Of a stretch of DNA of 64,000 bases, positions 8,291 through 18,737 are shown piece by piece. The stretch spans positions 256,001 through 320,000 of the forward strand of contig CBDATS010000002.1 of the NCBI GenBank assembly GCA_965200245.1, read 5' to 3'. Origin of the DNA: a bacterium. GTDB lineage: Bacteria > UBA8248. Position numbers and translations under genes: made by a program. Each line of letters begins with the position of its first letter. The first letter of the stretch is position 1. Below the pieces are notes generated by a model that saw only the letters and a list, made by a program, of their open reading frames with translations, was not told the origin of the DNA and did not search any database.

Positions 8291-9400
8291 CTAGGTCTCG
8301 ATGACAGCGGCGACAACGCCTCCGCCCACCGGCCCCTGGTGGAACACGAGGCCCGCAGAGACGTAGACCGCCGGGTCCTGCAGCACCGAGGCGATGACGG
8401 CGTTCGCAACCGCGCGCACGGGCCGCGTGCCCAGAACCGAATCCGTCAAGAGCGTGACCCGCTTGCCCAGGAGCCTGCCGTCCCAGGGCGCGCCCGCCTT
8501 TGCGAAGGCGTGCACCACCCTGCTCAGATCCTCCTGGCCTGGCAGAGCATCGAAGGCGAGACCCGCGTTCCTGAGCGCCTGCCTTACGGCGTCGGCGTCG
8601 ATCAGGTTTTGCATCACCGCACGGCCAATCCTGTAGCGACTCACGGATTGTGAGGAATTCGCCAGAACGACGACTTCAGAGCGCATGAGTTCCACACCCG
8701 CCGAGCAGGAGATCATCTCCGAGTACAAATCGCCTCGGCTGCAAACGTCGGATATCTCGAACGACTCGCGGGCAATTTCCCCGATGCCCACCGCCGCGCC
8801 CAAGGCCGAGCAACCGTTGGAGAGGCTCATCGATCGTGTGGTGTCCGTGCTGACCACTTTCTTGCCGCGCGAGGCCGCGTCGTTGATGCGATCAGACGTC
8901 AAAAGGGGGCACTTCACCTGCACGTAGCCTACATCGTCAAGCGAGTCTACGCCCGCCTTGTCGAGCGCCTCCGCCGCCGCCTCGGCCACGAGGTCCACCT
9001 GGGCCATCGTGCCCAGTTCCTCGGGCAAAAGTTCACGGGTGAAGGCAACTCCCATGGAGAGGCGCTTCTCTCCGGGACTTTCTGCGTCGCCCACATCGGT
9101 CCTGGAAAAAGCCACCGCGTGGGGACTCATCACCCCCTCGCATCCTCCCGACATCACCATCGCACACATGCCCTGCACCTCGGAACGTGTGAACCCCAGT
9201 TTCTCCATCATATAGTCCTCGAAGGAGTGAAGTGCGTAGGGCCTCGAATAGTCGTTCACTCGCCCGTTGCCCTCCGTCTTGGCGATAATGGCCTGAATGT
9301 CTGCCGCCCGGATGAGGCCTCTCTCCACCGCTTCCGCGAGCCCCGAGACGTCCTCGGGTCCCGACATCTGAAACTTCACCACCTGGGTATCGAACACCAT
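8291..9400 (-). CDS. Ring-opening amidohydrolase, cyanuric acid hydrolase (AtzD)/barbiturase family
   Basis: KTEGNG..NDYSR, MSGGCEG..SPH, QVKCPLLT, SAGVE, VS.....HQGP.GGG. Confidence 0.9.
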   Translation of the reverse strand: MVFDTQVVKFQMSGPEDVSGLAEAVERGLIRAADIQAIIAKTEGNGRVNDYSRPYALHSFEDYMMEKLGFTRSEVQGMCAMVMSGGCEGVMSPHAVAFSRTDVGDAESPGEKRLSMGVAFTRELLPEELGTMAQVDLVAEAAAEALDKAGVDSLDDVGYVQVKCPLLTSDRINDAASRGKKVVSTDTTRSMSLSNGCSALGAAVGIGEIARESFEISDVCSRGDLYSEMISCSAGVELMRSEVVVLANSSQSVSRYRIGRAVMQNLIDADAVRQALRNAGLAFDALPGQEDLSRVVHAFAKAGAPWDGRLLGKRVTLLTDSVLGTRPVRAVANAVIASVLQDPAVYVSAGLVFHQGPVGGGVVAAVIET

Positions 9401-9448
9401 TGCACCTCCTCAGAATTCATATGGAACGCCCGATGCACGAGCGCCGTA

Positions 9449-10852
9449 TTAATCTCCCGGTACCATCAGGCCAGCGCGTTCAACAATGGCTGCGGACGCC
9501 GCCTGCGCCTCCTCTCGAATCATGCGCTCCTCGTCCTCGCTCACCCTAGTGAGACGCCCCGCCTCCATGAGCGGCTCACCGTCCACCCAGGCCCATCGCA
9601 CCTCCGTCCCATGGGCTTGATATGCAAGAATGGAGGGCAGATGATGATTCGGGAACATGTGGGGACCGTTCATGTCGATCAGAATCACGTCCGCACGCTT
9701 CCCCACCTCGATGCTGCCTGTCTCGGCTTCCATGCCGAGGACGCGCGCTCCGTTTCGCGTGGCCATGTCGAGTACCTGCTGGGCCGTAATGGCGGCGGGG
9801 TCCTGCTGCAACCCCTTGTGAAGCAGACAGGCGAGCCTGACCTCCCAGAACATGTTGGCGAGGTCGTTGCAATTCGCGTTGTCCGTCCCCAGGGCCACGG
9901 GAACACCGTAGCCCAGCATACGCGGCACCGGCGAGACGCCAGATCCCAGATACATGTTGCTCGAGGGCAGATGCACCACCTGCGTCCCTGATTCCTTCAG
10001 CAGCCGCACGTCCTCCTCGCTCAGGTGGATGCAGTGTCCCGCCACGAGGCGCTCGGAGAGCAGACCCCAGGCTGCGAGATGCTGCACGACCGGGAGGCCG
10101 CAAACTTCCGATTCCATGGGGTCTTCCGAGACGTGTGTGGAGACGCGAAGGCCGCGCGCTCCGGCCCATTCGTCCACCTCACGGAACGTTTCGGGCCTGA
10201 CGTACACGGGAATGTTCGGCCCCGGCCAGACGAGTACCCGGCCATTCGAGCGTCCATGGTATCTCTCCACCAGATACGCGATCTCTTCGAAAACCTCATC
10301 CCGCGTCTTGAGGCTCGGGGGAAACATCTTCCCCCAGGCGGCGATGTGCGATCGCGCCCGATCGGCGAGTTTTCCCTGTGGCGGTATCTCGTTGAAGCTC
10401 AGGGCAAAGACGCTCCTCATGCCGGTATTGTCCATCGCCTCTATCATCGCCTCGGCCAGCGGGATGGGGATGCGCTCGTTCGTCACCACAGCAGTCGTGC
10501 CCGAGCGAATCGCCTCACACGCGAAGAGTTTCACCGAGAGCACCGCATCCTCCGGGGTGTAGACCACCTGGCCGGGGGCCATCACGTTCAGGCGCCAGTC
10601 CATGAGCCGCCTGTCAGCACCCAGACCGCCCCTCAGCAGGATGCACATGATATGACTGTGGGCATTCACCAGTCCCGGCATGAGCGCCATGCCCTCTGCG
10701 TCGATCACCCGAGCGGAGCCCGCATTTGTCCTGGAAGCAGAAATTTCCGCGATGCGGCCGTCCTCGACCAGCACCGACGCACGGGGGATGACCTCACGTT
10801 CCTCGTTCTGGGTGAGGACGCGTACGTTTTCGATCAGGAAACGATCCGCCAA
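9449..10852 (-). CDS. Metal-dependent amidohydrolase, AtzA/TriA (triazine deaminase/chlorohydrolase)-like
   Basis: NAHSH..ILLRGG....DW..NV..PGQ, THVSE, AGHCIHL, LGTDNANCND; TTG start after GGAGG. Confidence 0.85.
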   Translation of the reverse strand: MADRFLIENVRVLTQNEEREVIPRASVLVEDGRIAEISASRTNAGSARVIDAEGMALMPGLVNAHSHIMCILLRGGLGADRRLMDWRLNVMAPGQVVYTPEDAVLSVKLFACEAIRSGTTAVVTNERIPIPLAEAMIEAMDNTGMRSVFALSFNEIPPQGKLADRARSHIAAWGKMFPPSLKTRDEVFEEIAYLVERYHGRSNGRVLVWPGPNIPVYVRPETFREVDEWAGARGLRVSTHVSEDPMESEVCGLPVVQHLAAWGLLSERLVAGHCIHLSEEDVRLLKESGTQVVHLPSSNMYLGSGVSPVPRMLGYGVPVALGTDNANCNDLANMFWEVRLACLLHKGLQQDPAAITAQQVLDMATRNGARVLGMEAETGSIEVGKRADVILIDMNGPHMFPNHHLPSILAYQAHGTEVRWAWVDGEPLMEAGRLTRVSEDEERMIREEAQAASAAIVERAGLMVPGD

Positions 10853-10998
10853 AGGAGAATCCTCCGTTTCGGGTTTTTTTCCGAGAATACGACAATCGGG
10901 CGGATTTGAGTATCCCCGGCGCAAACTGTGCCTTGCCAGAGAGCGAAAAGAGCATTAAAAGTGTGGGAGATAATCCGACAACCCGAGGAGAGACGCCG

Positions 10999-11394
10999 AT
11001 GTCCAAAATCAAGTTCCTGCAACACTTCAGCATCTATTGCCGGGATTTGCCTGCCATGCACGAATTCTATAACGAAATCCTGGGGCTACCCGAAATGCCC
11101 CGGCCCCACTTTCCCTTCCCCGGCTATTGGTACGAGGCGGGAGAGGATCACCAGATCCACCTCGCCAAGGTGAGCGACACGCACGTCAAGCACTCCATCA
11201 GCGACAACGAGGACAGCTACATGGACCACCACTTCGGGATGGTGACCGAGGATCTGAAGGGAATGAAGGAGAGGCTCAAGGCGCACGGCATCCCGTTTCA
11301 TGACGAACCCTACGGGTATCCCCAGATCTTCTTCAGGGACCCGGAGAACAACCTGATCGAGGTCGCATCCACAGCGATGTTCGACATGGAATGA
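10999..11394 (+). CDS. VOC/glyoxalase family protein
   Basis: HFSI...FYNEILGL, HFG, IFFRDPENNLIEV. Confidence 0.85.
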   Translation: MSKIKFLQHFSIYCRDLPAMHEFYNEILGLPEMPRPHFPFPGYWYEAGEDHQIHLAKVSDTHVKHSISDNEDSYMDHHFGMVTEDLKGMKERLKAHGIPFHDEPYGYPQIFFRDPENNLIEVASTAMFDME

Positions 11395-11511
11395 ACAGCG
11401 TGCGGACTTGTGCCTGGCTCGCCGTGACCCCTCATCCGCACCGGGCAGGAATGTTCATCCGAAGGACATCGTAGCGTCCTCGCTGCCTGGCCGCGCGTTT
11501 TCCGATATTTT

Positions 11512-11931
11512 ATGGAGACCATGCCATTCCAGAAATTCCATACCACGCAGGTGACCGCCGGGGCGGGGAGCTATTCCCAGGGCCTGCTAGCAGGCAGGAC
11601 GCTCTATCTTTCGGGTCAGACGGGCGAGGGACTCAACGGCACGCCGCCTGCGCGGGGCGACGCCGCTGCCCAGACCCGCCAGGCTTGCGAGAACATCCGC
11701 CAGCTTCTCGAAGAGGCCGGGGGCGATCTCTCCCATGTCGTCAAGCTCACGAACTACATCACCGACAGGGCATACCGAAAACCCGTGTATGCGGTAATCG
11801 CGGAATACTTCGGTCCTCATGCGCCGGCGAGCACGGGCGTCATCGTGGACGGATTGGCTTCGGAAGATTTTCTCGTGGAAATCGATGCCACGGCCTATAT
11901 TCCCGAGCCCGGATCAGAAAAGGAGAATTGA
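11512..11931 (+). CDS. RidA/YjgF family protein
   Basis: YSQG, LYLSGQ, PASTGVIVDGL, LVEIDATA. Confidence 0.9.
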   Translation: METMPFQKFHTTQVTAGAGSYSQGLLAGRTLYLSGQTGEGLNGTPPARGDAAAQTRQACENIRQLLEEAGGDLSHVVKLTNYITDRAYRKPVYAVIAEYFGPHAPASTGVIVDGLASEDFLVEIDATAYIPEPGSEKEN

Positions 11932-12021
11932 GAAATCACGTGCAAGGAGGCACAATAGAAGTGTATTCACACCAGTTCCCAGGCAGCCCGCGAGGCTGAG
12001 TCCTTTCAGAGGAGAAGGGTC

Positions 12022-13608
12022 ATGACCGAATCTTACGATGGTCTGTTCGTCGGTGGCGGACACAACAGCTTGGTATGCGCCGCCTATCTGGCGAAAGCCG
12101 GCAAAAAGGTAGCCGTCCTGGAACGCTCCGGCGTCGCCGGCGGAGGCTGCTCCACGCACGAAGTCACGCTGCCGGGCTTCAAGCACAACCTGCACTCGAA
12201 CTACTACGTGGGTCTGGACAGAAGTCCCATCCTGCGCGACCTGGAACTCCACGAATATGGCTTCAGTCTCATTTTCCCGGAGTTTCAGCAGGGCTGCATC
12301 TTCAGCGACGGCACGGCGTTCGTCATCCACCGCGACGTGGAGAAGACCATCAAGTCCATCGAGCGCATCAACAGGAATGACGCGAAGACCTACCGCGACC
12401 TTCACGTCAAGTTCACCGAGGGAATGCTGGACATCATCACTTCCTTCATGTACTGCGCCCCCCTGCCGTCCGAGGAACTCAAGGAGCGCTTCGCGGGACC
12501 GCTGGGGCGCGAGTTCCTGAGCTACGCGAACCTCAGCATGTACGAGGCGGTAGACCAGCACTTCGAGGACGAAAAGCTGCGCGTACTCTTCAAGCTTTTC
12601 CTCGGCTCCTTCACCCTGGAAAACACGCCGACGACAGGCATCTTCTTCCCCAGAATCTTCTCGCGCATTTCGAGCTTCGCCCTGCCCGTGGGCGGTTCAG
12701 TGAACTTCACGCGCGCGCTCGAGCGCGTGGTCGTGCGAGGCGGCGGCCAAGTGTTCACCGACGCGGAAGTCCGCGAGATCACAGTCGAAAGCGGTGACGC
12801 CACCGGCGTCATCCTGGAGGACGGCACGCGCATCGAAGCCACCGAGTTTGTGGCGAGCGGGGTGAACTGGCCGCTTACCGTGCGTCTGGCCGGAGAAGAC
12901 TACTTCGGCGGCAAGCTTGCAAGAGCCGCACTCGAATTCCAGTGGGCGAGCCACGGCCTGTGCACCATCCACCTGGCACTCAAGGAAGCACCCGACTTCA
13001 AGGCCGCGAAATACGAGCCCGACATCAACAAGACGTTCAACATCTTCTGGGGAGCGGACTCGACCGAGGAGATCAACGAGTGCTTCGAGACGATCCACGA
13101 CGGCGAACTGCCCAAGCTCATGGGCAACGGCGGCAGCAACAGCCACTTCGACCCGACCTATTCGCCCGATGGTACGCACGTGGGTTACTGGTGGCCGTTC
13201 GCGCCCTTTGAACTTAAGGACGGCGGAGCCGAAGCATGGGACGCGCGACGCGAGGAGTATACCCAGCACTTCATCGACTCCTGGACACCCTATGCACCCA
13301 ACATCAACCACGACAACATTATGGGCAGCTATCTCTACACGCCGCTCGACATCGTGCGCATGAACCCGAACTTCGTCCGCGCGAGCCACCACGTGGGTGC
13401 CTACATTCCCGAACAGTTGGGCTACAACCGCCCGCATCCGGACGTGAGCGACTTCCGCACGCCGATCGGGAAACTGTATCTCTGCGGTTCCAGCTCGCAC
13501 GTGGGCGGCGCGGTGACGGGAGCGCCCGGCTACAACTGTGCGAACGCCATTGCGGAGGATCTGGAAATCGAACGCTTCTGGGCACCCGTCGAGATCATGA
13601 TGACCTGA
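12022..13608 (+). CDS. NAD(P)/FAD-dependent oxidoreductase, phytoene dehydrogenase-like
   Basis: VGGGHNSLVCAAYLAKAG, RTPIGKLYLCGSSSHVGGAVTGAPGYNCA. Confidence 0.9.
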   Translation: MTESYDGLFVGGGHNSLVCAAYLAKAGKKVAVLERSGVAGGGCSTHEVTLPGFKHNLHSNYYVGLDRSPILRDLELHEYGFSLIFPEFQQGCIFSDGTAFVIHRDVEKTIKSIERINRNDAKTYRDLHVKFTEGMLDIITSFMYCAPLPSEELKERFAGPLGREFLSYANLSMYEAVDQHFEDEKLRVLFKLFLGSFTLENTPTTGIFFPRIFSRISSFALPVGGSVNFTRALERVVVRGGGQVFTDAEVREITVESGDATGVILEDGTRIEATEFVASGVNWPLTVRLAGEDYFGGKLARAALEFQWASHGLCTIHLALKEAPDFKAAKYEPDINKTFNIFWGADSTEEINECFETIHDGELPKLMGNGGSNSHFDPTYSPDGTHVGYWWPFAPFELKDGGAEAWDARREEYTQHFIDSWTPYAPNINHDNIMGSYLYTPLDIVRMNPNFVRASHHVGAYIPEQLGYNRPHPDVSDFRTPIGKLYLCGSSSHVGGAVTGAPGYNCANAIAEDLEIERFWAPVEIMMT

Positions 13609-13653
13609 ATATGAAGATTTGATTCACGTTTTCGCGAGAAAGGATACAATTTC

Positions 13654-14367
13654 ATGGAACTGATCGACCTCTCACAGACAGTGGCCGCAGGTGGATTCGA
13701 GCGTCCCTTCCACCCCAAGGTGGCGATCGAGCCGATGATGACACACGAGGAATCCTCCCGGAAATTTCTCGGGAAATTCTCATTCGCGGCCATGAAGCTC
13801 ACATTGTCGGACCACACCGGAAGCCACGTGGACGCCCTGAACCACTACGTACCGGGAGAAGACGCCCCCTCCATTGACCGCTTACCGCTCGATCGCTTCT
13901 ATTCGAGCGCGATCTGCGTGGATTTCTCGGACATCGCGCCGAAGACCTACATCGAAACCGAACACATAGAACGCGAACTGGAAAAACACGGACTTTCCAT
14001 TCAGGAAGGCGACGCCTTCTTGTACTACACGGGTCACTACCAGAAGTGCTTTGACGATCCGGACCCGGACAAATGGTGGAAGGAATTCGCGGGTCTGAGC
14101 CGGCCCGCCACCGAGTATCTTGCAGATCACGGGGTGCGGAACATCGGCTGTGAGGCGTTTACGATAGAAAACCCCACGCAGATGTTTCCCGAATCGGAGG
14201 AACCCTACCCCTCACACCAGGTGTGCAAGGAACGGGGAATGCTCAACACGGAGAACCTGGTGATCCCCGAACGGCTGGTGGGCAAGCGCTTCACCTTCCT
14301 TTGCCTGCCCATCAAGCTGAAGGACGCCACCGGCTCGCCCGTGCGCGCCGTGGCGGTGCTGGACTGA
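13654..14367 (+). CDS. Cyclase family (kynurenine formamidase-like) hydrolase
   Basis: HTGSHVDA motif, ENL, TGSPVRAVA. Confidence 0.9.
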   Translation: MELIDLSQTVAAGGFERPFHPKVAIEPMMTHEESSRKFLGKFSFAAMKLTLSDHTGSHVDALNHYVPGEDAPSIDRLPLDRFYSSAICVDFSDIAPKTYIETEHIERELEKHGLSIQEGDAFLYYTGHYQKCFDDPDPDKWWKEFAGLSRPATEYLADHGVRNIGCEAFTIENPTQMFPESEEPYPSHQVCKERGMLNTENLVIPERLVGKRFTFLCLPIKLKDATGSPVRAVAVLD

Positions 14368-14373
14368 TTTGAG

Positions 14374-15264
14374 CTAGAGGCCGAAACCGAAAAGCGCGTT
14401 CGCGTTGGCGAAGGCGGCCTTTTCGATCTCCGCCTCGGCGATGCCGCCCCGGCGCATCGCGCGAATCGCCCGGGGGATGCAGTAAAGGTCGTTCGACGTG
14501 TAGGGGATTAGATCCGAGTTCAGCATCATGCGATCCGCCCCGTGACGCCGCACCCATTCCACGACGGCGGAGGGCGGAATCGGGCGGAGCCGGCTTCCGA
14601 GACTCGTCGCGCACCAGGCCCCCGTCTTTTCGTGAACATAATCCACTATCGTCGCATCCACGTGGTCGATGACGAGCAGTGAGTGGTCGAGCCCTGCGGC
14701 GTCTATGACTTCCAGGTCCATCTTGAGATAATGGAGCCTGAATTCCTCGGGCGAAACCGCACCTTGCGTTTCCACGCCGCCCAGGAACTCCCCGGGGTTC
14801 TTCCAAGTGGGCGTGTGGAGAATCAATGGCATTCTGAGTTCAGCCGCAAGACGCGCCTGCGCTTCGAGACATCTGGCCTGATCTTCCAAATCCCAGGAGA
14901 AACCGAAATACTGCCCCGGGTCGAGACCCACCTCGCCCAGGGCGACGACCCTCCCGTCCCCGAGATAGCCTGGCAGCGCGTCTATGAGTTGCTCCCAGCC
15001 CTCTACCCGCGTCATCGAACTCACGCCCACGGCGCAACGGGCGCGAATGTGGTGTTTGGCCTCGGCGGCTTCGGCCATCCTGAGTGGACTCTCCCAAAGC
15101 CGCCTCACGTCTTCGGGTCCGGGCGCGCGCTTCCATATCTCCCGGTGCACGTGGGGGTTCCCGCAGGAGATCACGGAGCCCACCATCCCGCACATGCCCT
15201 GGAGTTCCCAGTCGTCGAAGCTGAATCCATGCAGGTGATTGTGGCTGTCGATGAACCTGTCCAT
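14374..15264 (-). CDS. TatD-related metal-dependent hydrolase
   Basis: IDSHNH, VALGEVGLD, LHTP, IDH, MLNSD; start MDRFIDSH just after the methyltransferase stop. Confidence 0.8.
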   Translation of the reverse strand: MDRFIDSHNHLHGFSFDDWELQGMCGMVGSVISCGNPHVHREIWKRAPGPEDVRRLWESPLRMAEAAEAKHHIRARCAVGVSSMTRVEGWEQLIDALPGYLGDGRVVALGEVGLDPGQYFGFSWDLEDQARCLEAQARLAAELRMPLILHTPTWKNPGEFLGGVETQGAVSPEEFRLHYLKMDLEVIDAAGLDHSLLVIDHVDATIVDYVHEKTGAWCATSLGSRLRPIPPSAVVEWVRRHGADRMMLNSDLIPYTSNDLYCIPRAIRAMRRGGIAEAEIEKAAFANANALFGFGL

Positions 15265-15266
15265 TT

Positions 15267-16058
15267 TCAGGCCTCTGGTTTTCTTGCCAGGAACACGTAG
15301 CGGTTGAGACTGAAAAAATACTCGCCGCGCTCGCCCAGCATCATCAAGTCCTCCGCCCAGGCCTTCGCCTCTTCGCTCGCCACGCCGCCCTTTCGGATGA
15401 CGAACGGAACGATAACGCTCACCATTGCGTGGCTGTAGTTCTCCGCAGGATACTCCGTATTGAGAAGGGGCAAAACCCCCGTATCGACAATCTCGAAACC
15501 CCCACCCCTGAGCAGGCGCGACAATTTTCTCGGCAGATGGGGGTCCGCCAGATGCGCGTCCCATGCCTGGAAAATCCGCTCCGCCCGCGTAGCATCCTGC
15601 GCACTCCACACGAGCGAACCCCAGTCGGTGTCCATGATGAGGGCGCGCCCGCCTGGCCGCAGTACACGGAAAAGCTCCGCCAGGGCGGCCTCCATGTCGG
15701 TCACGTATTCATACACCTGGGAGATGATAACCGCATCGAAACCTTCGTCCGCAAAAGGCAGGTTCAAGGCGTCCGCTTCCCGGAACGAAACGTGGCGCTG
15801 CGTCTCGCAGCGCACCCTGGCGAGTTCGAGCATCGGCGCACTCCTGTCCACGCCAATTACGGTTCCCTCCTCCCCCACCATGCGCCCGGCTTCTAGCGTC
15901 ATGAAACCCGGGCCGGAACCCAGATCGAGCACGCACTCTCCCAGACGGGGAGCGAGAATTTCCAGCAGGGCGTCTCGCTGGGCGGCCACATCCGCCGTCG
16001 TGTATACGGCTTCGACGCGCCGGGCCGCCTTTGCATCGAAACCAGGTGGCTGGCTCAT
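15267..16058 (-). CDS. Class I SAM-dependent methyltransferase (UbiE-like)
   Basis: VLDLGSGPG, LPFADEGFD, RVLRPGG. Confidence 0.9.
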   Translation of the reverse strand: MSQPPGFDAKAARRVEAVYTTADVAAQRDALLEILAPRLGECVLDLGSGPGFMTLEAGRMVGEEGTVIGVDRSAPMLELARVRCETQRHVSFREADALNLPFADEGFDAVIISQVYEYVTDMEAALAELFRVLRPGGRALIMDTDWGSLVWSAQDATRAERIFQAWDAHLADPHLPRKLSRLLRGGGFEIVDTGVLPLLNTEYPAENYSHAMVSVIVPFVIRKGGVASEEAKAWAEDLMMLGERGEYFFSLNRYVFLARKPEA

Positions 16059-16341
16059 GCGTTGTCATCTCTCATCGTTGTGCAGACCCGAACGAACAGC
16101 CAAAGTGTTATCGTCCGCGCCGGGTCAAGTCAAGCGCCTCGGGCGTCATCATTTTCGGTATCGCGCATCATCATCCGGGAATTTGCGGAACCAACCCCTC
16201 GGATCCAGGGCACGGAGACCAGGCGGTGCACCCTCGCTTTTTTGCCTCGATGCACACTGCGGCATTGACGCGCGTTTTCTCCAGAACCTATAAGCCTAAC
16301 GAGAGGCGTTTCCCGCGTTCCCTGGAATCTATGGACCCTTC

Positions 16342-17538
16342 ATGACCCCATCAAAGATTTTCAACCTTTTCGCGATTACGGGCAGCCACGCCGTCAACGC
16401 CTTCTACACGCAACTGCTCATCCCCGTCCTTCCGCTCATCGTCGCAGAATTCGAACTCAACTACGTACAGGCCGGTCTCATCGTCACGACCTATTCGGTG
16501 GCGAACAGCGTCTTCCAGTTTCCCCTTTCCTTCATATCGGACTACACCCGGCGCTGGCGGACGATCCTCGCCCTCTCGCTGCTCACACAGGCGCTGCCCG
16601 TTCTGCTCTACGGCTACGCGGCGAGCTACTCACTACTGCTGCTCTTCGTCTTCATCGGCGGCATCGGGAGCGCGGCCTATCATCCCCCCGCCGTTGCACT
16701 CATCACGCGCGAACTGCCCGAGAGGCGTGGTTTCTGCACGAGCCTTTTCAACGGCGGAGGCGAAATGGGGAACATCATCTCGCCCGCTATCGTGGGCTGG
16801 CTCGCCGTATATCTGGCGAGCTGGCGGCTGGCGGCGCAGCTGTACGTGATACCGGGTGTCATCTGGGCGGCACTCATCTGGTTCCGCTTCCAGGATCAAC
16901 TCGGTGAGCGCGTGCCCCTGCGCCAGGCGGCGCGGTCCACCTACAGCGCCATATTCGGGAACAAATCACTCATGCTGCTCATCGCCCTCTCCTCGTTCCG
17001 GATCATGGGGTTTCGCGGTTTCACGGCCTTTATTCCACTCTTTCTCGCGGAACAGTTCGGCTTCGACACAAAAGGGGTGGGCTGGCTGCTCAGCACCTAC
17101 TTCCTTCTGGGTTCGGCCACGTCCGTCATCGTCGGCAGGTGGTCGGACTACACGAGCAAGACAAGAATCATCGTCGTGCTCACCTTCATGTGCGCCGTCT
17201 TCATGGCCGCTCTCACCTGGGTTTCCAGTATAACGACGATGCTGCTCGTTCTTTTCTCGGTCGCCTGCATCCTGACACCCGTGCCCAGCCTGGTTCTAGC
17301 GGTCGGCACTGAACTGGTGGACGAGAAGGTGCGCTCGAGCTCGGTAGGAATGATCTACGCCTTCAACGAGGCCGCAAGCGCGCTCTCGCCGCTCGTGGGC
17401 GGTCTTGTGGCCGAGGCGATGGGGCTTCAGGTGGCGTTCAGTTTCTACGCATCGATGTTCGTGATCGGCGGGTGCATCGCTATCTTCCTGCACAGGGAAA
17501 GTGCCCTTCAGCCCCGGGCGCAGGAGGGCGAGTCATGA
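16342..17538 (+). CDS. MFS transporter
   Basis: About 12 hydrophobic segments, GGIGSAAYHPP motif. Confidence 0.9.
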   Translation: MTPSKIFNLFAITGSHAVNAFYTQLLIPVLPLIVAEFELNYVQAGLIVTTYSVANSVFQFPLSFISDYTRRWRTILALSLLTQALPVLLYGYAASYSLLLLFVFIGGIGSAAYHPPAVALITRELPERRGFCTSLFNGGGEMGNIISPAIVGWLAVYLASWRLAAQLYVIPGVIWAALIWFRFQDQLGERVPLRQAARSTYSAIFGNKSLMLLIALSSFRIMGFRGFTAFIPLFLAEQFGFDTKGVGWLLSTYFLLGSATSVIVGRWSDYTSKTRIIVVLTFMCAVFMAALTWVSSITTMLLVLFSVACILTPVPSLVLAVGTELVDEKVRSSSVGMIYAFNEAASALSPLVGGLVAEAMGLQVAFSFYASMFVIGGCIAIFLHRESALQPRAQEGES

Positions 17539-18737
17539 GCCGGGCGGAGAGAATCGGAACGGGGACGGGTGCGGAAAGACAGGTGCAGGACATCCCCTGG
17601 GGCGCACTCGCCATTTTGTTCACCGCCCACTTCGTGGTGGACGGCACGGTGAATTTCATCGCCCCGCTCCTGCCCCTGATCCGGGAGCAATTCCAGGTCT
17701 CGCTCTCCACAGGGGGCCTGCTCCTCACGTTCGTCTCGATGAGCGCTGCCCTTTCACAACCGATCACGGCGATTCTGGTGGACCGCTGGCCGGGCCTCCC
17801 CTGGCTCGTCGCAGGGATGGTCGGCAGTGCGCTGTTCATCACCTCCATCGGCTGGGCGCCGAACTTCACGACCCTCACCATCATGGTCGCCATCGGCGGC
17901 GCGATGGTCGGCCTTTGCCATCCGGACATGGCGTCGCGCGCCGGAGCGCTTTCGGAACACCGCAAGGGGCTGGTGGTGAGCGTTTTCATCGCCGGCGGGC
18001 GCGTGGGCCACGGGCTGGGACCCGTCATCGCCATCGGCATCGTCTCGCTCGGGGGCATGAAATGGCTCTGGGCGTTCACCCTGGTGGCAGTCGGGATCGC
18101 ACTGGCGGTGCAATACGGGCTGCCGAAACCCGAGTCGCCCCACAGAACCGAAGACAGTCAAGCCTCCATCTGGGACTTCGTCACAGCACTGCGCTCAGCG
18201 GGTACGCCGCTGCTCCTGCTCTCTGGCGTCACGATTTGCCGCGCCGTCGTGAACATCAACTTCATCAGCCTGATCCCCTCGTTATATGCCGAACACGGCA
18301 TGGGCATCTGGAGCGGAGGAGCGGCCAGCGCCATCATGCTCACATCGGGCGCATTGGGCGTCATGGCGGGCGGTGCCCTGGGCGACCGCTTCGGGAAAAA
18401 GGAGGTTATCGTCGGCGGCATCGGACTCGGCGCCTTGTGCGTCTGCGCTTTTCTGGTGGTGCCGCCCCAGTGGGGCTTCGCGCTGCTGGCTTTCCTGGGC
18501 GTCGCCACCTACCTCCCGATGGGGGTGACGATGGCATTCGCCCAGCAACTGATGCCCCACAACCGGGGACTGGCCAGTTCGATCACGCTCGGACTCTCGT
18601 GGTTCATCGCGAGCCTGACGGTCTACCCTATGTCGGTTCTCGGCGAGTGGTTCGGCCTGGCCAACGCCTTCTGGGCACTGCCCGGTTTTTTCATCGCCGC
18701 GCGCGCGTTCGCGTGCTTTCTGCCGAAGGTACGGTAA
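17535..18737 (+). CDS. MFS transporter (FsR-like)
   Basis: AHFVVD, GALGDRFGKK; ATGA overlap with the upstream MFS. Confidence 0.9.
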   Translation: MSRAERIGTGTGAERQVQDIPWGALAILFTAHFVVDGTVNFIAPLLPLIREQFQVSLSTGGLLLTFVSMSAALSQPITAILVDRWPGLPWLVAGMVGSALFITSIGWAPNFTTLTIMVAIGGAMVGLCHPDMASRAGALSEHRKGLVVSVFIAGGRVGHGLGPVIAIGIVSLGGMKWLWAFTLVAVGIALAVQYGLPKPESPHRTEDSQASIWDFVTALRSAGTPLLLLSGVTICRAVVNINFISLIPSLYAEHGMGIWSGGAASAIMLTSGALGVMAGGALGDRFGKKEVIVGGIGLGALCVCAFLVVPPQWGFALLAFLGVATYLPMGVTMAFAQQLMPHNRGLASSITLGLSWFIASLTVYPMSVLGEWFGLANAFWALPGFFIAARAFACFLPKVR

